From assembly GCA_013265495.1 (NCBI GenBank), contig MU057560.1, positions 1,314,753 to 1,378,752 on the forward strand: a stretch of DNA of 64,000 nucleotides, given 5' to 3'. Position numbers and translations under genes: made by a program. Positions 13,198-25,769 of this stretch are shown here, one piece after another. The DNA is from Vicugna vicugna. Lineage: Eukaryota. Below the pieces are notes generated by a model. It was given only the letters and a program-made list of their open reading frames with translations, searched no databases and was not told the DNA's origin. Position 1 is the stretch's first letter, and the number at the start of each line of letters is the position of its first letter.

Positions 13198-13539
13198 CAG
13201 TCGTCCTTCCATGTCCCTGGGCTCTGCACCCATGGATTCAACCAACCTGGGATCAAAAATATTCAAAAAAAAATCCGGAAAGTTCCAAAAAGCAAAGTTT
13301 GAATTCGCCATGTGTTGGCAACTATTCACATAGCATTTACATTGTATTGATCATTGTTTGGGTGGCGTTAACACTTTATTAGGCTTTATAAGTAATCTAG
13401 AGAAGGTGGACTATACAAGAGGGTGCGCCCAGGTTATATGCAAATACTTCATCGTTTTATATAAAGGCCTCGAGCATCTGGATTTTGGTACCCACGGGAG
13501 TCCTGGAACCAATGCCCCGAAGATGCCAAAAGACGACCG
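13198..13539 (-). mobile_element. MER2-family (Tigger / Tc1-mariner) MITE, complete
   Basis: Imperfect TIRs cagtcgtcc... / ...agacgaccg flanked by TA at 13196-13197 and 13540-13541; internal 'ggttatatgcaaatact...gagcatctggattttggta...tcctggaaccaat' matches MER2. Confidence 0.9.
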
Positions 13540-14689
13540 TACAGGCTGAAATAGCTACACTGCTGGTGAGATTCACCCCTTGTCCAATTTTATCTCTCAG
13601 GCTTTGTGTTCAAGTCTATCAGACTCAGAAAGTTCAGTCCCTCCGCAGCACAACGTGCCCGACAAATACGCAAGAGTCTCAGCCCAGACCTTTGCCACCC
13701 GGGGGTGTACACATGAGACGGTGCAGCTTCCAGACATTCCACGCACACTGGTTGAACAATGAGTGTATTACATGAGTAATATTTCATGTCTTGATGAGGT
13801 CTTTCTGAGGATTGTGCCTGGGCCTGACGTAGTATCTTGAAGTTTGAAATGTTCAGGTCTTGGTCTATGGGATGGAAGTGACTTAAGGCAGAAGAGACTG
13901 TCACGCATACCTTTAAATTTAGAACGGTTCCAGGGCAGCCTGCTCTCATGGACAAATAAGCCACACGGGCTCTCACGTCACATTTTGGAGACGGTCCAAC
14001 AGAACGCGTCCTCAAGTCACACAAACACTGAGCATGTAAAATGGCTACTGTTAATTTCAACTGCTGACTAATTACAGAAAAGAACATGAAGAAATAACAA
14101 AATAAGTCATTTGTGATTCAAATGGCAAAGATTACTGAAATAACACTTTCATGTACTGCTGGTAGGAATGTAAGTTACAGCAACTACTGGGGAAATTATA
14201 GTCAAAGAGCCCCACGTAAAGGTGTGGATCTGCACTCCTGACGTGTTAGCAGTAAAGGTTATTGTGTAAACATTAAAACTATATTGACCTAGTGATGTGA
14301 CTTTTCATATTAATTAAAAGGACATTGTAGACGGTGATGTATACTATTTCAATTTGTGTAAAATAATGTTTAGAATAAAGTAGAAAGATATAACTTACCT
14401 CTCTGATGATGGGTTATGAGTAATTTTACGTATTTCTTAGTCTTTCACCGACTTGCATTCATTCTGTGCTGTCAGCAACCTCAGAAAACGTCAGCTGTCA
14501 CTTCCTGTTAGGCAGTCCGTACCGTCTTAACTAACGTTGCTTCTGTGTGCAATGCTTTCCTCCTGACCTTTGACCTTTCTGAAATTGTACTTATTCTTCC
14601 AAGTACAGCGGAAAAGTAGTCATCTCAAGATGTGCTTATAACATTTAGAGTGTAAATAAGAAAATTAACATCTCTAAAGTCAATCATTT

Positions 14690-14957
14690 CATTAAGCCTT
14701 CCCTGATTCTCCCAGTGCTGGGCAGACTTAACAGCCCTTTTATTTCTGTTTTCCAATCACAGTGTGTTTATCCGTTCCCATATTTCTTGCAGCAGCTCAA
14801 CCACAGGGCAGCTGATGGTGAACGTATCTGTCTCCTCCACCAGACTCCAAATCCTCAGGAGAAGGGTTTGTAAAATACTCATTATTCTGTTCTCCGGGTA
14901 ATCTCTTGCAGTGCCTTACGCAGATGGTATATTTCAATAAACTTTCTGTTAAGTTGA
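14690..14957 (+). mobile_element. LINE-2 3' end
   Basis: 'aagccttccctgatt', 'tctgtctcctccaccagact', 'gcagtgccttacgcagat...tcaataaactttctgttaagttgaa' are typical of the L2 3' terminus. Confidence 0.75.
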
Positions 14958-15599
14958 AATCTTTTACTTTTTTTAAGAACCAAAATCCTTAGTGTTTGGT
15001 CAAGATCAAGTGAAGACAGTGAAGAAAATTAAAAATTGATTTGGCAAATGGTCTCCTTTTCTTTCAAATGTGATGTTTTTAATTTGTTTTCAAGAAAGCC
15101 TAAATTTATTGGATATACTCACTAACAAGCGTGTTCAATTTCCAGAAATGAGATAAAATAATGTGAATATGTATTTAGTTCTACATAATTTACTTATATA
15201 TATATATAATTTATATATAAAATATATTTAGTTTTATTTCCCATTTTCCCCATAAAATCTAAACGATATTGAGAAGTTATCCACTGCCCTGCACATCTAA
15301 TTAAGCATGTAAGGGTCAATGCTTAATGAACAAAATACCCTCTGTGGCCTTTTATATTTCTTAAAGAAATGCACTGGAGACATAAAGTCCTCAAGGCAAT
15401 TTTAAGTGAGAAAAAAAGAGATATTTCCTCCACAGAGATACATTCAATCTTTAATATTATGTATGTAACTATTTTCACTGTACTTCCATATTGTCCCATT
15501 AGAAGCACATGTAAACTTGTAAGGTAGATACTTTTATTATTAACTATATATTAAAGCAGAGGAAACAGTTGATGGGAGACTATTTAACTAGGAATGTTT

Positions 15600-16500
15600 T
15601 ATTTTTGGCAAATGACATTATCCAGTTGAAATAAGCTGAGCTGAAAAGGGTCTTTATTATAAGGACACAGGAATGGTCCAAAGAAGAACATCTCATTCTT
15701 AGTCTCCAGCTCTGCACTCTCCCTCCATCTCCTGATGGGATCCTGTCTCTCTGCTCTGTGTGGAAAGAGGAGGAAGACGCTGAGACCACAGGCTAACATG
15801 CTAGAGGCTCATAAAGAAGAGACAGATGACTGGATAAAGAAGTTGTGATATATTTATACTGTGGAATACTACTCAGCCATAAAAAGAGTAAAATAATGCC
15901 ACCTGTAGCAACATGGATGGACCTGTAGATCGTCATTCTAAGTGAAGTAAGCCAGGAAGAGAAAGAAAAAATAGCATATGACGTCACTTATATGTGGAAT
16001 CTAAAAAAAAAGGCAAATTAACTTATTTATAAAACAGAAACAGACTCACAGGCACAGAAAACAAACCTATGGTTACTGGAGGGCAGGGGGTGGGGAGGGA
16101 TACGTTGGGAGTTCGGGATTTGCAGATACTCACTACTATATATAAAATACATGCACAACAAGGTCCTACTGTACAGCACAGGGAACCATATTTAATAACT
16201 TATAATAACCTATAGTGAAAAATAATATGAAGAGGAATGTTATATAAGTACAACTGAATCACTGTGCTGTACACCAGAAATCAGCACAACATTGTAAATC
16301 AACTATACTTATATTTAAAAAAAAAAGAAGAGGCAGTCTTATTTCAGTCCAAATTCCAGGCAAGAGGGGCTTCTGACTGGTCCAGCACAGCTCAGGTCCA
16401 CCTCCCACACTTACTCCCTGTGGCCATGGAGACAAGCAGCAGGGGCTCTGTCAGCCTCCTGGCTGGAGGATTCTTGCTGAAGAAGAGGAAGAGTTTTGAC
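15600..16500 (-). mobile_element. Old MLT1-type LTR, split by the L1 at 15822-16326
   Basis: Left part 'aaataagctgagctgaaaagggtctttatt' and right part 'tctgactggtccagcacagctcaggtccacc' resemble one old MLT1 LTR in antisense. Confidence 0.45.
15822..16326 (+). mobile_element. Young L1 3' end with target-site duplication
   Basis: L1 3' UTR with poly-A; flanking repeats aaagaagagacag (15813-15825) and aaagaagaggcag (16324-16336). Confidence 0.92.
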
Positions 16501-16774
16501 GTGAATCCAGCTGAGATGTTCAGGTTGGTGTGTCTGGCCCAGTGTTCAGTCTTCTAAAGTGAGAACGAGTTTGTGATTAAAACGCCTTCGTTCACAGAGT
16601 GAATGCAGTGCAAAGGGGTCAGCCCTTCTCAAGTCCTGACTGAAGGGCTAGTGTTGGAAGGGGAAGATTTTATTCTTGTAAATGTAGAAAAGGCCGCAGT
16701 AACTTCAACAGAGGCAGCACTCTGCTTTGCTCTGCATCCTTTGTGCTCTGTGTCACCTTATCATTTACTGAACC

Positions 16775-16890
16775 CATGATTCTATGCTCTCCATCTTACA
16801 GACAAGGAATGTGGGTGCAACGGTTAAGACTTGTCTCAAAACAAACAGCTAATAAAAGAGAGAGCCAGGGTGCGTCCCCACGAATCTGAC
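16775..16890 (-). mobile_element. MIR fragment
   Basis: 'ctccatcttacagacaaggaa...ggttaagacttgtctcaa...cagctaataa...agagccaggg'. Confidence 0.6.
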
Positions 16891-19800
16891 GCTTCCCTTC
16901 ACGAGATCCGGGCAGTCCGTGCTCATGGCCCATCCCCACCGCCCGTCACTCCCCAGGGACAACGGTGGCTTCTGGCTGAGCGTGGAGGACTGACAGCGTC
17001 AGACACAGTTTGCTGGAGTAGGAGATGGTGCGATGGGAAGTCCAGAAAAGGTCTCTTTGAGACTGAGAGTCTTACAACAATTGAGCAACTGGGCTGGGCT
17101 GATTATTCCCGTATTTTACTTATCGGTAAAATATGTTATTTGTCCTTCTAACATCTTGTAATGGCCGGTTTCCCTGTCCCTGACTTGAACCTTGTTTGGA
17201 GCCTCCTGGGCTAAGGGCTCTCATGTGTACACCTTGCAGACATTCAGACCCTGGCAAGCTAAGGGTTATGAGGGCCAGAAGCTGGCCGACAGGGGAGGAC
17301 TCATTCTGGGAAGTGAATTGATTATGTAGTGGGAGGCACGCAAACTAGATTAGAAGATGTGCAGAAGGAAGGTGAAGAATGAGGATAAAATGGTTATTTT
17401 CTCAAGACAAGACGTTTTCCAGTGGAGAGACCAGGAAGACCAAACCAGCAAGATCTGAGGATCGCTGGGAGACAAGCTGTAGCTTCAGTCCAGAACACAG
17501 AGAGCTGCGTGTTAAGTAGTCTTTGAGAATGGCTGAAAAATACAGTCAGAAGAAACCTATGCAGAGGAGGGAGCTGCAGGTGTGCAGATGTTAACTTAAT
17601 TACACTGTTTTCAGTATTGCTGAAAATAGAATCTTGAAGTCAGGCTACACATTTAAAATTGGTCCATTAGGTCATAATAATGAAGTATCACTTAGGTACC
17701 GAGATCAGAAACAGACCATATGCTGTGACCTCAGTTTAAAATTAGTAAGTGGAAGGCGTGACAGCTTCAGACATAAAAATAGCATTAAGGTTGTGCATCC
17801 CTAGTCTCTGCTCTGATTATACGCATTTAATTCGTGCTGAAGGAAATCTCAATCACAGAACCACAGCGCGTCAGATTGGCAATCGGCTTTACAACAACGT
17901 GCATCTCAGTAACGTGCAGCGAGGGGTCCGCTGCCTGCAGTCTGCCCGGGAACGTCTCCGCTGTAACCGACTGTCGCCCGCGTTCTCCCCTCGCTGGGAA
18001 TTCACGGGCGGGCTGTTGCAAGTCAGCTCGTCTGCTCAAAGGCCACCATCCTGTGACTCAGGCCCGCGTTCACCACAGGGATGAGATAAGGCCCGCTCTC
18101 TGTGAAAAGGTCGCCTTCAGAAAGAGCATCGGAGTCAGCATGCTGGCCGGCCTGTGGTGACTTGACCACGTGCTGCACGTCCCTCAGAGCCGCCTGTGGA
18201 GCCGCCTGTGCTGTGCACTCCCGGCTCCTGACAGTGGTGGGTCCAGCGTCCCGGTGACACCGCTGTGATGAGGACTAGCCGCCTCCCGCGGAGACTGCCT
18301 GGCCCCGGCCCCGTGCCACCCAGCAGGCGGCAGGCGTCGCGTTGCCATTTTCATAAAGGAAGAGAAACGTGTTTTCCAGTAGATAATTGTCTGTAATAGA
18401 AGAAGGGTTAATAGAGAGGCTGTCTTCTGGGTAGAGTTAATGCCAACGCAAAGGAAATATTGAGAAAATCACGTGTTCTGACAGGCGTGGCGACCCGACG
18501 TGAAGTGTCAAAAAAAAATGCAGTGAGGCAGCCTTCCTTCTCCAGAGACAGTCTGAAGCACCAAATAAAACAGCCCTATTTTAATCTGATCTCGTATTAA
18601 AATAGCTTTTCCAGTGGGTTGTGCCTTTGGATTTTAGCATCGCGTAAGAAATTTGCAGAGATTCAAGCAGCATGTCAGAGACAGAGTCAGGTCTGGAGCT
18701 GCTTCGACCACAGCCCTTAAACAGCGGAGGTCGTTAATTCTTGTAACTGACAATGGAATGAAAGTTCCTTTTCTGTCTTAGTGTATAGTTTGGCCTTGTG
18801 ACTGGTTTGATAGAGAGATACTGATGTGTTGCTCTTTTAAAAAAATGAAATCGCACTTGAAATAGAAAGTGAAAGCACATTTCATTGGAGCATCTCTGTA
18901 AAGAAACAAAAACAATTCAAAAAAAAATTCCCAACCTCTCACCCTCTAATGTCAAGTCCTCACTGGTTGCATCTGCTCCCCTGATGACAGGAATGCCCCT
19001 TCAGTCTTCATCTGGGCACCTCAGAATTCCAGACGTGCGTTTGGGACTTTAGTTCCTACTGTGATGAGCGTGCTTTTAATGTAAGCTGAAAGGGTAGCTG
19101 ATTTCACACCTTCTGTCTACTAAATTTTGTCCATCCCTTTTTAATTGCAGTTTTCAAGGTTTTATTTAGGGGAAGAGAAATCGTGGAAATTGGGATCAAC
19201 TGGGGGAAGCGGAAACGTCTTCACAAACCCGCTCTACGGCCGCTCAGCTGCTGCGAGTGGTTAGGACTCGTGTGCGCTCCCACCCGCCCCCAGGTCACAG
19301 GGACCTCGTCCTCGCAACACTCCCGGGCGCCGGTTTGTCTTTCTTTGATGGCGGGGAGCAGGACTGATTTTAATTCCCCTTTAGAGACTTGATCCCCCAT
19401 AATAAGTTGTATCCAAACGTTATATTTTGTTTGTATGGAAAAGTGCTTTTCTTAGTACATCGTTTTACGAATAACTCCCAAATATTTCAGCCAATTCAGT
19501 CGCTGTTCTGATTCACATGTCAGAGTAAGTTCAAGTTCAAAGCAAAGTTACACAGAAGACGAGCTAATTTCTTGGTCAAAGATTCTTCAAAACCACTTTT
19601 ATTAAGAGTCTTTTTATACCTACTTACCTTTCACTAATAAGTGTTTATATAAACACACTAATCTTCCTCACTTTCATATTTATTTTTCTATTAGCATTTC
19701 ACTTACAGATCAAATATGTTCACTGAGTTCCCCATTTATAGTGTCCGGGAAAGTCTAACGCAGATGAAACTTTCCTTTAAGACTTTCATACCTGGAAGTC

Positions 19801-20598
19801 TCCACATTTAAAATAGCAACAGCCAGCCAATGAACTTGCTCTGTATTATCCTGAAACATTAGATGCTAATCATCGAGTTTATTTTTTTAGAGCAATTGAC
19901 TGCCCTTTCAAGCCTTCTTTTCCAGGAAATGCCTGGTGAAAATCTTAGAAATATGCTCATATTTAAGAATAAAAGAGTTCAGAGGTAACATTTTTTGAAG
20001 TTAGGAATTTAAAAGAACTAAATAGAAAATAAAAGCTTAATGGGATTTCAAGTTAAGATCTGCAAAGTTACAAAACTTGTAGAATAAAAACGCTAGTTTG
20101 CCATTCTTGACGTGTACAGTACAATGTTTTAAAGCTGAATTTTTGACTGGAATATGCTATTAAGATATTCTTTATTTGTATTATATCCGTTTATGATAAT
20201 ATGCAGGTTTTAATTAAAGCCAAGTTGGGGATTTGGCATTTTTCAACTAAACTGAAACCCAGAGAACTTGGTTTCCTCCCATAACATTAGGGGGCGACCT
20301 CTCCCGGGGACAGCCTGCCAAGCAGCGCCAGTGAGACTGGGAGCTCACAAGAGCAGCCTCTGGGATACACTGTCAATAAAACAATCGTCTCATCCTTTTC
20401 CCTGACCTCATTCTGCTTCACAAGTTGAACAGAAATAAGCCTGGTCAGCATGAGACTAGGGGTCCAGGTTGCTTTGGGAGCAGCCTGAGGCGACATATAG
20501 GCGCACCTGTCAGCCAGACACCGTCCCCTCGAAGCAGAGAACGAGGGCAGAGCAAACAGGGTAGCAAAGCCGCCAACCTGACTGGGGGTGTATGAGAT

Positions 20599-20697
20599 AT
20601 GTGTGTGCATGTGTGTGCGTGCGTGCATATATGAGGTCAGTTTGGATTTCTGTCCACGTGTTGTCATTCTCTCTCTCTCTCTCTCTCACACACACAC
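20599..20697. repeat. Imperfect (TG)n plus compound (CT)n(CA)n microsatellites
   Basis: Seen directly. Confidence 0.9.
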
Positions 20698-21939
20698 GTC
20701 AGCTCACGATGCGTCGGTTGGAAGCGGGACCTCTGCTACTCTGGCACATTCCAAAGTGCGGTGCTCTGTCTCCCCTGCTCTGATGCCTCCCCGCCTGTTA
20801 ATTCAGGGTAAAGCGCAGTCTGCATGTGTCCTGCGTGGCTCTCGCCCCACGCCCCGCAGCTCTGCAACGACGATCGCCTGGTCGCAACACCGGAAGGAGC
20901 GGCTGAAGGCAGGTGCCAGGCATCATCGCATTTTCCTGATGAAGTGAGACAAGAAGCTCTATGTTTCACGCAGGGCGTGAGGCTCCCCGCGTAGCGTAGT
21001 GAGCGCGGGTCCGAGCAGCCGCGGGCGACATCCGTACCAGTCCGTATGACGACTCTCACTTTACAAGGCTGGCATTGTACTCGCTGCACAGCAGGTGGGG
21101 CGAAGAGGACAGGAGAGGCAGGCGGGGGCACGCTGGAGCACTGAGCATTCCCGGTGCACGCTAAGAACGTTTGCAGCCAGCGGCAACATCTCTTCGTCTC
21201 GTGTCCTGACTGCACAATGAATTCCGCGCTTTATTGGAAAACAACTTCACATTGACTTAAACCTCAGTATTCAGCTAATGGTTTCTGTTTTCACCAGGTA
21301 CTTAACATAGCGATGCTACTGGCTTTGGAAGGGTTTGCATAAAACAAAAATAGTAGAAGTGTCATATATTTTATGTATGTATAATTTTCATGTATTATTA
21401 TTATTTATTCTGCTTGTGATTATCATCACTTCCAACAACTCTGTGAGGTAGCTCTGAATCGGTTCAACTGCACAGGTGTGAAAGCTGTCTCGGAAGGTCT
21501 GTGTGTCAGAATCCAGGGCGTACCACTCCGGCTCAGATTAGAACACAAGTTTTTCTCACCTCAAGCCTACTGGTACAAACAGATGGGCATCGTGGATAAT
21601 CCTCAATGAAAAGTCTTACATGCTGGGCAGACCAGTGTCTCTCCCAGTCATTGTCAATAGTCCACTGCCACTGGCCACCACATGGCTTGTCCTGCTTTTG
21701 TGCTGATTAATTTGTCTGCTGGAATCCAAGCAGAGGGAATCTCCACCGAGACTCAGTGAGGTGGACCCTGTGTATGGAGAGTCCCGATGTGGCCACAACC
21801 CGCTCTCCAGTCTGCGGCGTGTCATTGAGGCTTAATCTTCTCCTTGTGAAAGGCAGGTCACCAGGGCAGGCTTTTGAGTGCACTTCTAGAGTTCCAACTA
21901 TTTAAACTTATGTTTGTCAACAGTCTGAAGAGTCGCCTT

Positions 21940-22175
21940 GAACAAAAGATTTAAGAATTTGAGAGACCACAGTCAGAATCTTGACTCAGCTTCACATCAG
22001 CTATGAGACTTTGGACGAGGTATATGGTCTTTTAAAGTATTGGTTCGTTCACCTAGGACGTTAGTAATAAAAACTTTATGGATTTACTGAAAGGATTAGA
22101 CACAGTGCAGAGAGTCTGCTGAGCAAAGTGCCTATGGACAGGAGATGGACAGTAATCGTGGTGGGTGCTGTTAAC
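21940..22175 (+). mobile_element. MIR SINE
   Basis: 'gaatcttgactcagcttcacatcagctatgagactttggacgagg...gaaaggattaga...gcaaagtgcct'. Confidence 0.65.
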
Positions 22176-22689
22176 TGCTTATTTGATTTAGTTGTTGATC
22201 TCAAGAGCTGAGCGCCACCCCTGCAGGTGCCCCCAGATCTCCCGTTCTAACTCATTCTCATCTTCGAAGGAACTTAGAATTTACTGACATGCAGCTGTCT
22301 TTCTGTTTTATCCTTTTCAATAATTTAACAATCATAGTCAGGACTGGCCTTTGATGTTGTCAAAAATCAAACTGTCTGATAATAATTTTGCAGTATCTTT
22401 CTAAGAAAAAAGCTGTTTTAACTGAAACAGTCTCATTTTAAAGCGCAAGTTCCCAGAGAGGGTCCCCCTTGAATTTCCAGTTTAGCAGAGTCGATTGATG
22501 GGAACTGGGCAGCGCATGCGGTGTGAGGGAACGAAGGTTTCCAGGAAAGGAAGGCGGGAGCACCCCAGAGGGAGGAGGAGGGAGAAGCGTGGACTCGCAG
22601 AGCTGCTCCCGTCTGCCTGCGGTTCTCCTTCTGCCCGCTCCTCCCAGCTCTGCGGACCCACGTCAGGACCAGGCACACGAGGCCTCAGC

Positions 22690-22885
22690 TTGGAGATCTG
22701 GCTCCAGGGCTCAAGTTGTGATTTTCCCAGGGACCTATTCCCTGACTTTGGACATCACCTTGAACTTCTAGGACACAGTTTCTTTCAGTAAAATCGGTGT
22801 CATCTCTGACCCACTTAGCTAAAGTTTCGTACGTGGCTCAAACGAGATGAGATGGTTTTGCAAACAGAGCCCCTCATGCAATAGG
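22690..22885 (+). mobile_element. MIR SINE
   Basis: 'gagatctgg...tgactttggacatcaccttgaacttctaggacacagtttctttcagtaaaat...ggctcaaacgagat'. Confidence 0.6.
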
Positions 22886-23039
22886 GAGTTAGCACTTCCA
22901 GTATCAACACGTATGTTCGGTGCTTTCCGCCGGCTTCTTCTGTTACCCAGTTTCTTCCAAGAGCACCACTTCTTTTTTGATCCCTAAGATTAGATTAGAT
23001 TATTGTTAGAATTAGGTGCATTGCTTGTGCAAAATTAAT

Positions 23040-23210
23040 AGGGTTGTATGGAAATGCAAATTAATGTAAATATCATGCAAATGAAAATTCAATGCATCAT
23101 GCTGAGCTCGGTACAGAACACAGAAAAACTGGCCCGGCTCCACTTACAGAGCAGACATAAGCATGAACATGCAAATTTTATGGCATCATTAATCATATGT
23201 AATATTATAA
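23040..23210. promoter_or_regulatory. Candidate enhancer: cluster of POU octamer motifs
   Basis: ATGCAAAT at 23054, 23075 and 23169; one-mismatch copies at 23048, 23064 and 23081; several TAAT cores nearby. Confidence 0.55.
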
Positions 23211-23964
23211 CAGTGGTAAGCTGAATTTCCAGTAAATAAAGAGTGAATTATGAGGCAGACACACTTTGAATTTGATAAGCCGTCTCCGGCTTCGCGATGC
23301 ATGTGATTACCCTGGCGGTCGCTCGGGACTTGGGTGTGACTGCCTTGTTCCCTCTTAGGTGGCCTTGGAATTAGGACACTTGGGGGCAGAATGAGTTGCA
23401 GAAATAAAGACTGGAAGGGTTTCCATGGGAAGTCTTTAAGGTGCTGTCTCCAGACTGTTTTTATTTTTATTTACATTTGGTGTAATCATGGTCTGGTACA
23501 ATGTCTGTATCATAATGGGTCTTGCATTGGCACTTGCTGGCATTCAGTATTCTGTAATAAACCATCCTGGACATGTTTATTTACTCAGTACAGAGTTAAT
23601 GGTTACTTAATATGCACAAAATGAGATGCAAAATACAAAGGGAAGGTCTTGGCTCCCACGAAGCTCTTGGATAACTGGGGAGGTAGGCAAGAGCAAAATT
23701 CATTAGAATTCCTGGTGGAAGCCTGGAGCAGGTTGGTGACAGCTTTGGGGAGGCGATGTGTGTTGGGCTGGGGTATCGGCAGACAAATAAAATTTTTAAC
23801 CTTGATATATGTTTAGGATTTTGTTAGAACCTCTTTTCGTAAAGAATTGATGTTCAGACTAAGTTGATGTCAAGGGGCCCTTATGAAATTTCTACAGCCT
23901 TGGCTTTCTCTTTAAAAAGAGGTTTTATTACCCAATATACTCTTACTCTACGTGGTCTCTAGAT

Positions 23965-25170
23965 GTTCCATTTATTAGACAAATAATTTTTAACACCTAT
24001 TATGTGACAGGCACTAGGTGCCAGGTGTTGAGAATATAAAAGTTAACAAAGCAGGGTCATTCCTGGCCTTTGTGGAGCATTGAGATTAGTGGGGGAGGCA
24101 GGTGTTCAGCAATTACATATATATACACACACATACACACACACACACACACACATATATGTATATGTATGTATATATAATGTGTGTGTGTGTGTATATG
24201 TATATATAATGACAGTGGTGTGAATGCTATGAAGGAGAAATGCAAAGGCCTGTTACATTTCTTGAAGTGGAATGTTTTTATGTGACTGATGTAACAACTG
24301 GGAAGTCACCAAATGAAGCAGAAAGAGGGATGGTTCAGGATCACCTTGAGGGCCTGGATGTCCAGAGGTGCTGACAGGCGCCCAGTCACAGAGGTGGTCT
24401 TGTAGGCCTGGATACTCTGCACACTGAGGGTTTTGAAGCGTTTAAGATAAACATACATGCTGATTAATTTTACCTTTTTTTCCTATTCTTTTTTGAGAAT
24501 CCCTCCGGCTTCTGTGAGAAGGAAGTATTGGGAAGAGGCAAGAGTGTTTATAAAGAGAAAGACTGGAATATTTTACAACTTGCTCAGAAGGGAAGCGATG
24601 GTGATTTACACGAGATTAGCAGCAACGGAGGTGGAGATAAGTGGACATGTGTGAACAAAACTTCAGTAGAATTGACTGAACTTGGAGGCTGCCCAGGTGT
24701 GTTAACAGAGAGGGAAGGATGAAGGATGACTTCCGGGACTTTGTTATAAGCAGTTAGGTGCATCAGAACACCCAGCGTAGAGAGGAGGAATACTAGAAGC
24801 CGAACATTTTTTTTTTTTGAAGTGTTGACATTAAGCTGTGATTTATCCAAGTGGAGACATTATGGATCACCAGATATAAATGTTTGGAACTCAGAACAAA
24901 ATTCTAGAAATAACATATAAATGTGCTAGTCATGGGTGTTTTGGTGATGCTCACTCATTTGCGGGAGGCTCTGGGAGAGAAGGGCTACACTGTGCATGAG
25001 GGCATAGTGGGGGGTGGGCGGTGGGCGTAGAGCAAGAGACCCCCACAAAATTAGGAGTAAAAGGAATACCGTAAGGGGGGGCATAAACCAGGAGGAGCCC
25101 TGAAACTGGGAAGGACAGGAAGCACACAGGGATGGTCACCGAAGAAGGGAGGGAGCGGGCCAGAGTGCAG
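23965..25170 (-). mobile_element. LINE-2 remnant including the 3' end
   Basis: 'acacctattatgtgacaggcact', 'gaatgctatgaaggagaa', 'gtagaattgactgaacttgg', 'gaaggatgacttcc', 'atataaatgtttggaactcaga' are L2 antisense landmarks in the expected order. Confidence 0.8.
24114..24210. repeat. Inverted (CA)n / (TA,TG) / (TG)n microsatellite
   Basis: A (CA)n run followed after a TATATG-type spacer by a (TG)n run. Confidence 0.9.
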
Positions 25171-25229
25171 AGCGAGCTGCGACTAGCTGTTCACTGAGCT
25201 GCCTTCCAGCTCCGTCTTCTCTGCTTGTC

Positions 25230-25400
25230 CCTCTCCCGCCCCAGGTGGAGCAGAAGAAAGTGCGGGAAACCCAGTCAAGCCGGAGCGAGCGCCCCTCGGC
25301 GCTCCGCTAGACGGACGGTGGGGCCGGCGCCCTGACCGCGCGGAGCCCCGGGGTCAGCACGGCGCGGTGAGGAGGCCCGCGCCTTTCCACAGAGCGCTGA
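25230..25400. promoter_or_regulatory. Small CpG-dense patch
   Basis: Dense CpG over about 170 bp, next to the L2 remnant. Confidence 0.45.
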
Positions 25401-25769
25401 GTTCACAGACTGTGACAATGTGTGCAAAGTTTGTGGCAAAGAAATGGAAGTTACTCTGTGTTAACCTCACTGTCTCCTTCACCCCGATGTCTCTCCCAAC
25501 AAGTACGTACAGCTGTAGGCTTTCATTTCCGCTTTACTCCATCTCAGGAAAGTGTTCAGAGCATCTTGGAACACACAGGCTGTAATAGCTCCTCTGAATG
25601 GTGAGTCCACGGGCCCACATTCAGGCGCAGAGTCACGAAGCCCCGGATTCCAGAATGGAGACGCTTTGCCCGCCTGGGAGCAAGGGCGCTCACCCTAGAG
25701 CTACAGAACTTTAAACTAGAAACCAGAGAATGGACAAAGCAGAGAATATAGCCAACGTGTTTGTAAATA

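Noticed and set aside
15979..15986. Perfect CRE TGACGTCA (another at 62019-62026)
   Set aside because: Isolated sites. The first lies within an L1 3' region and neither has promoter context.
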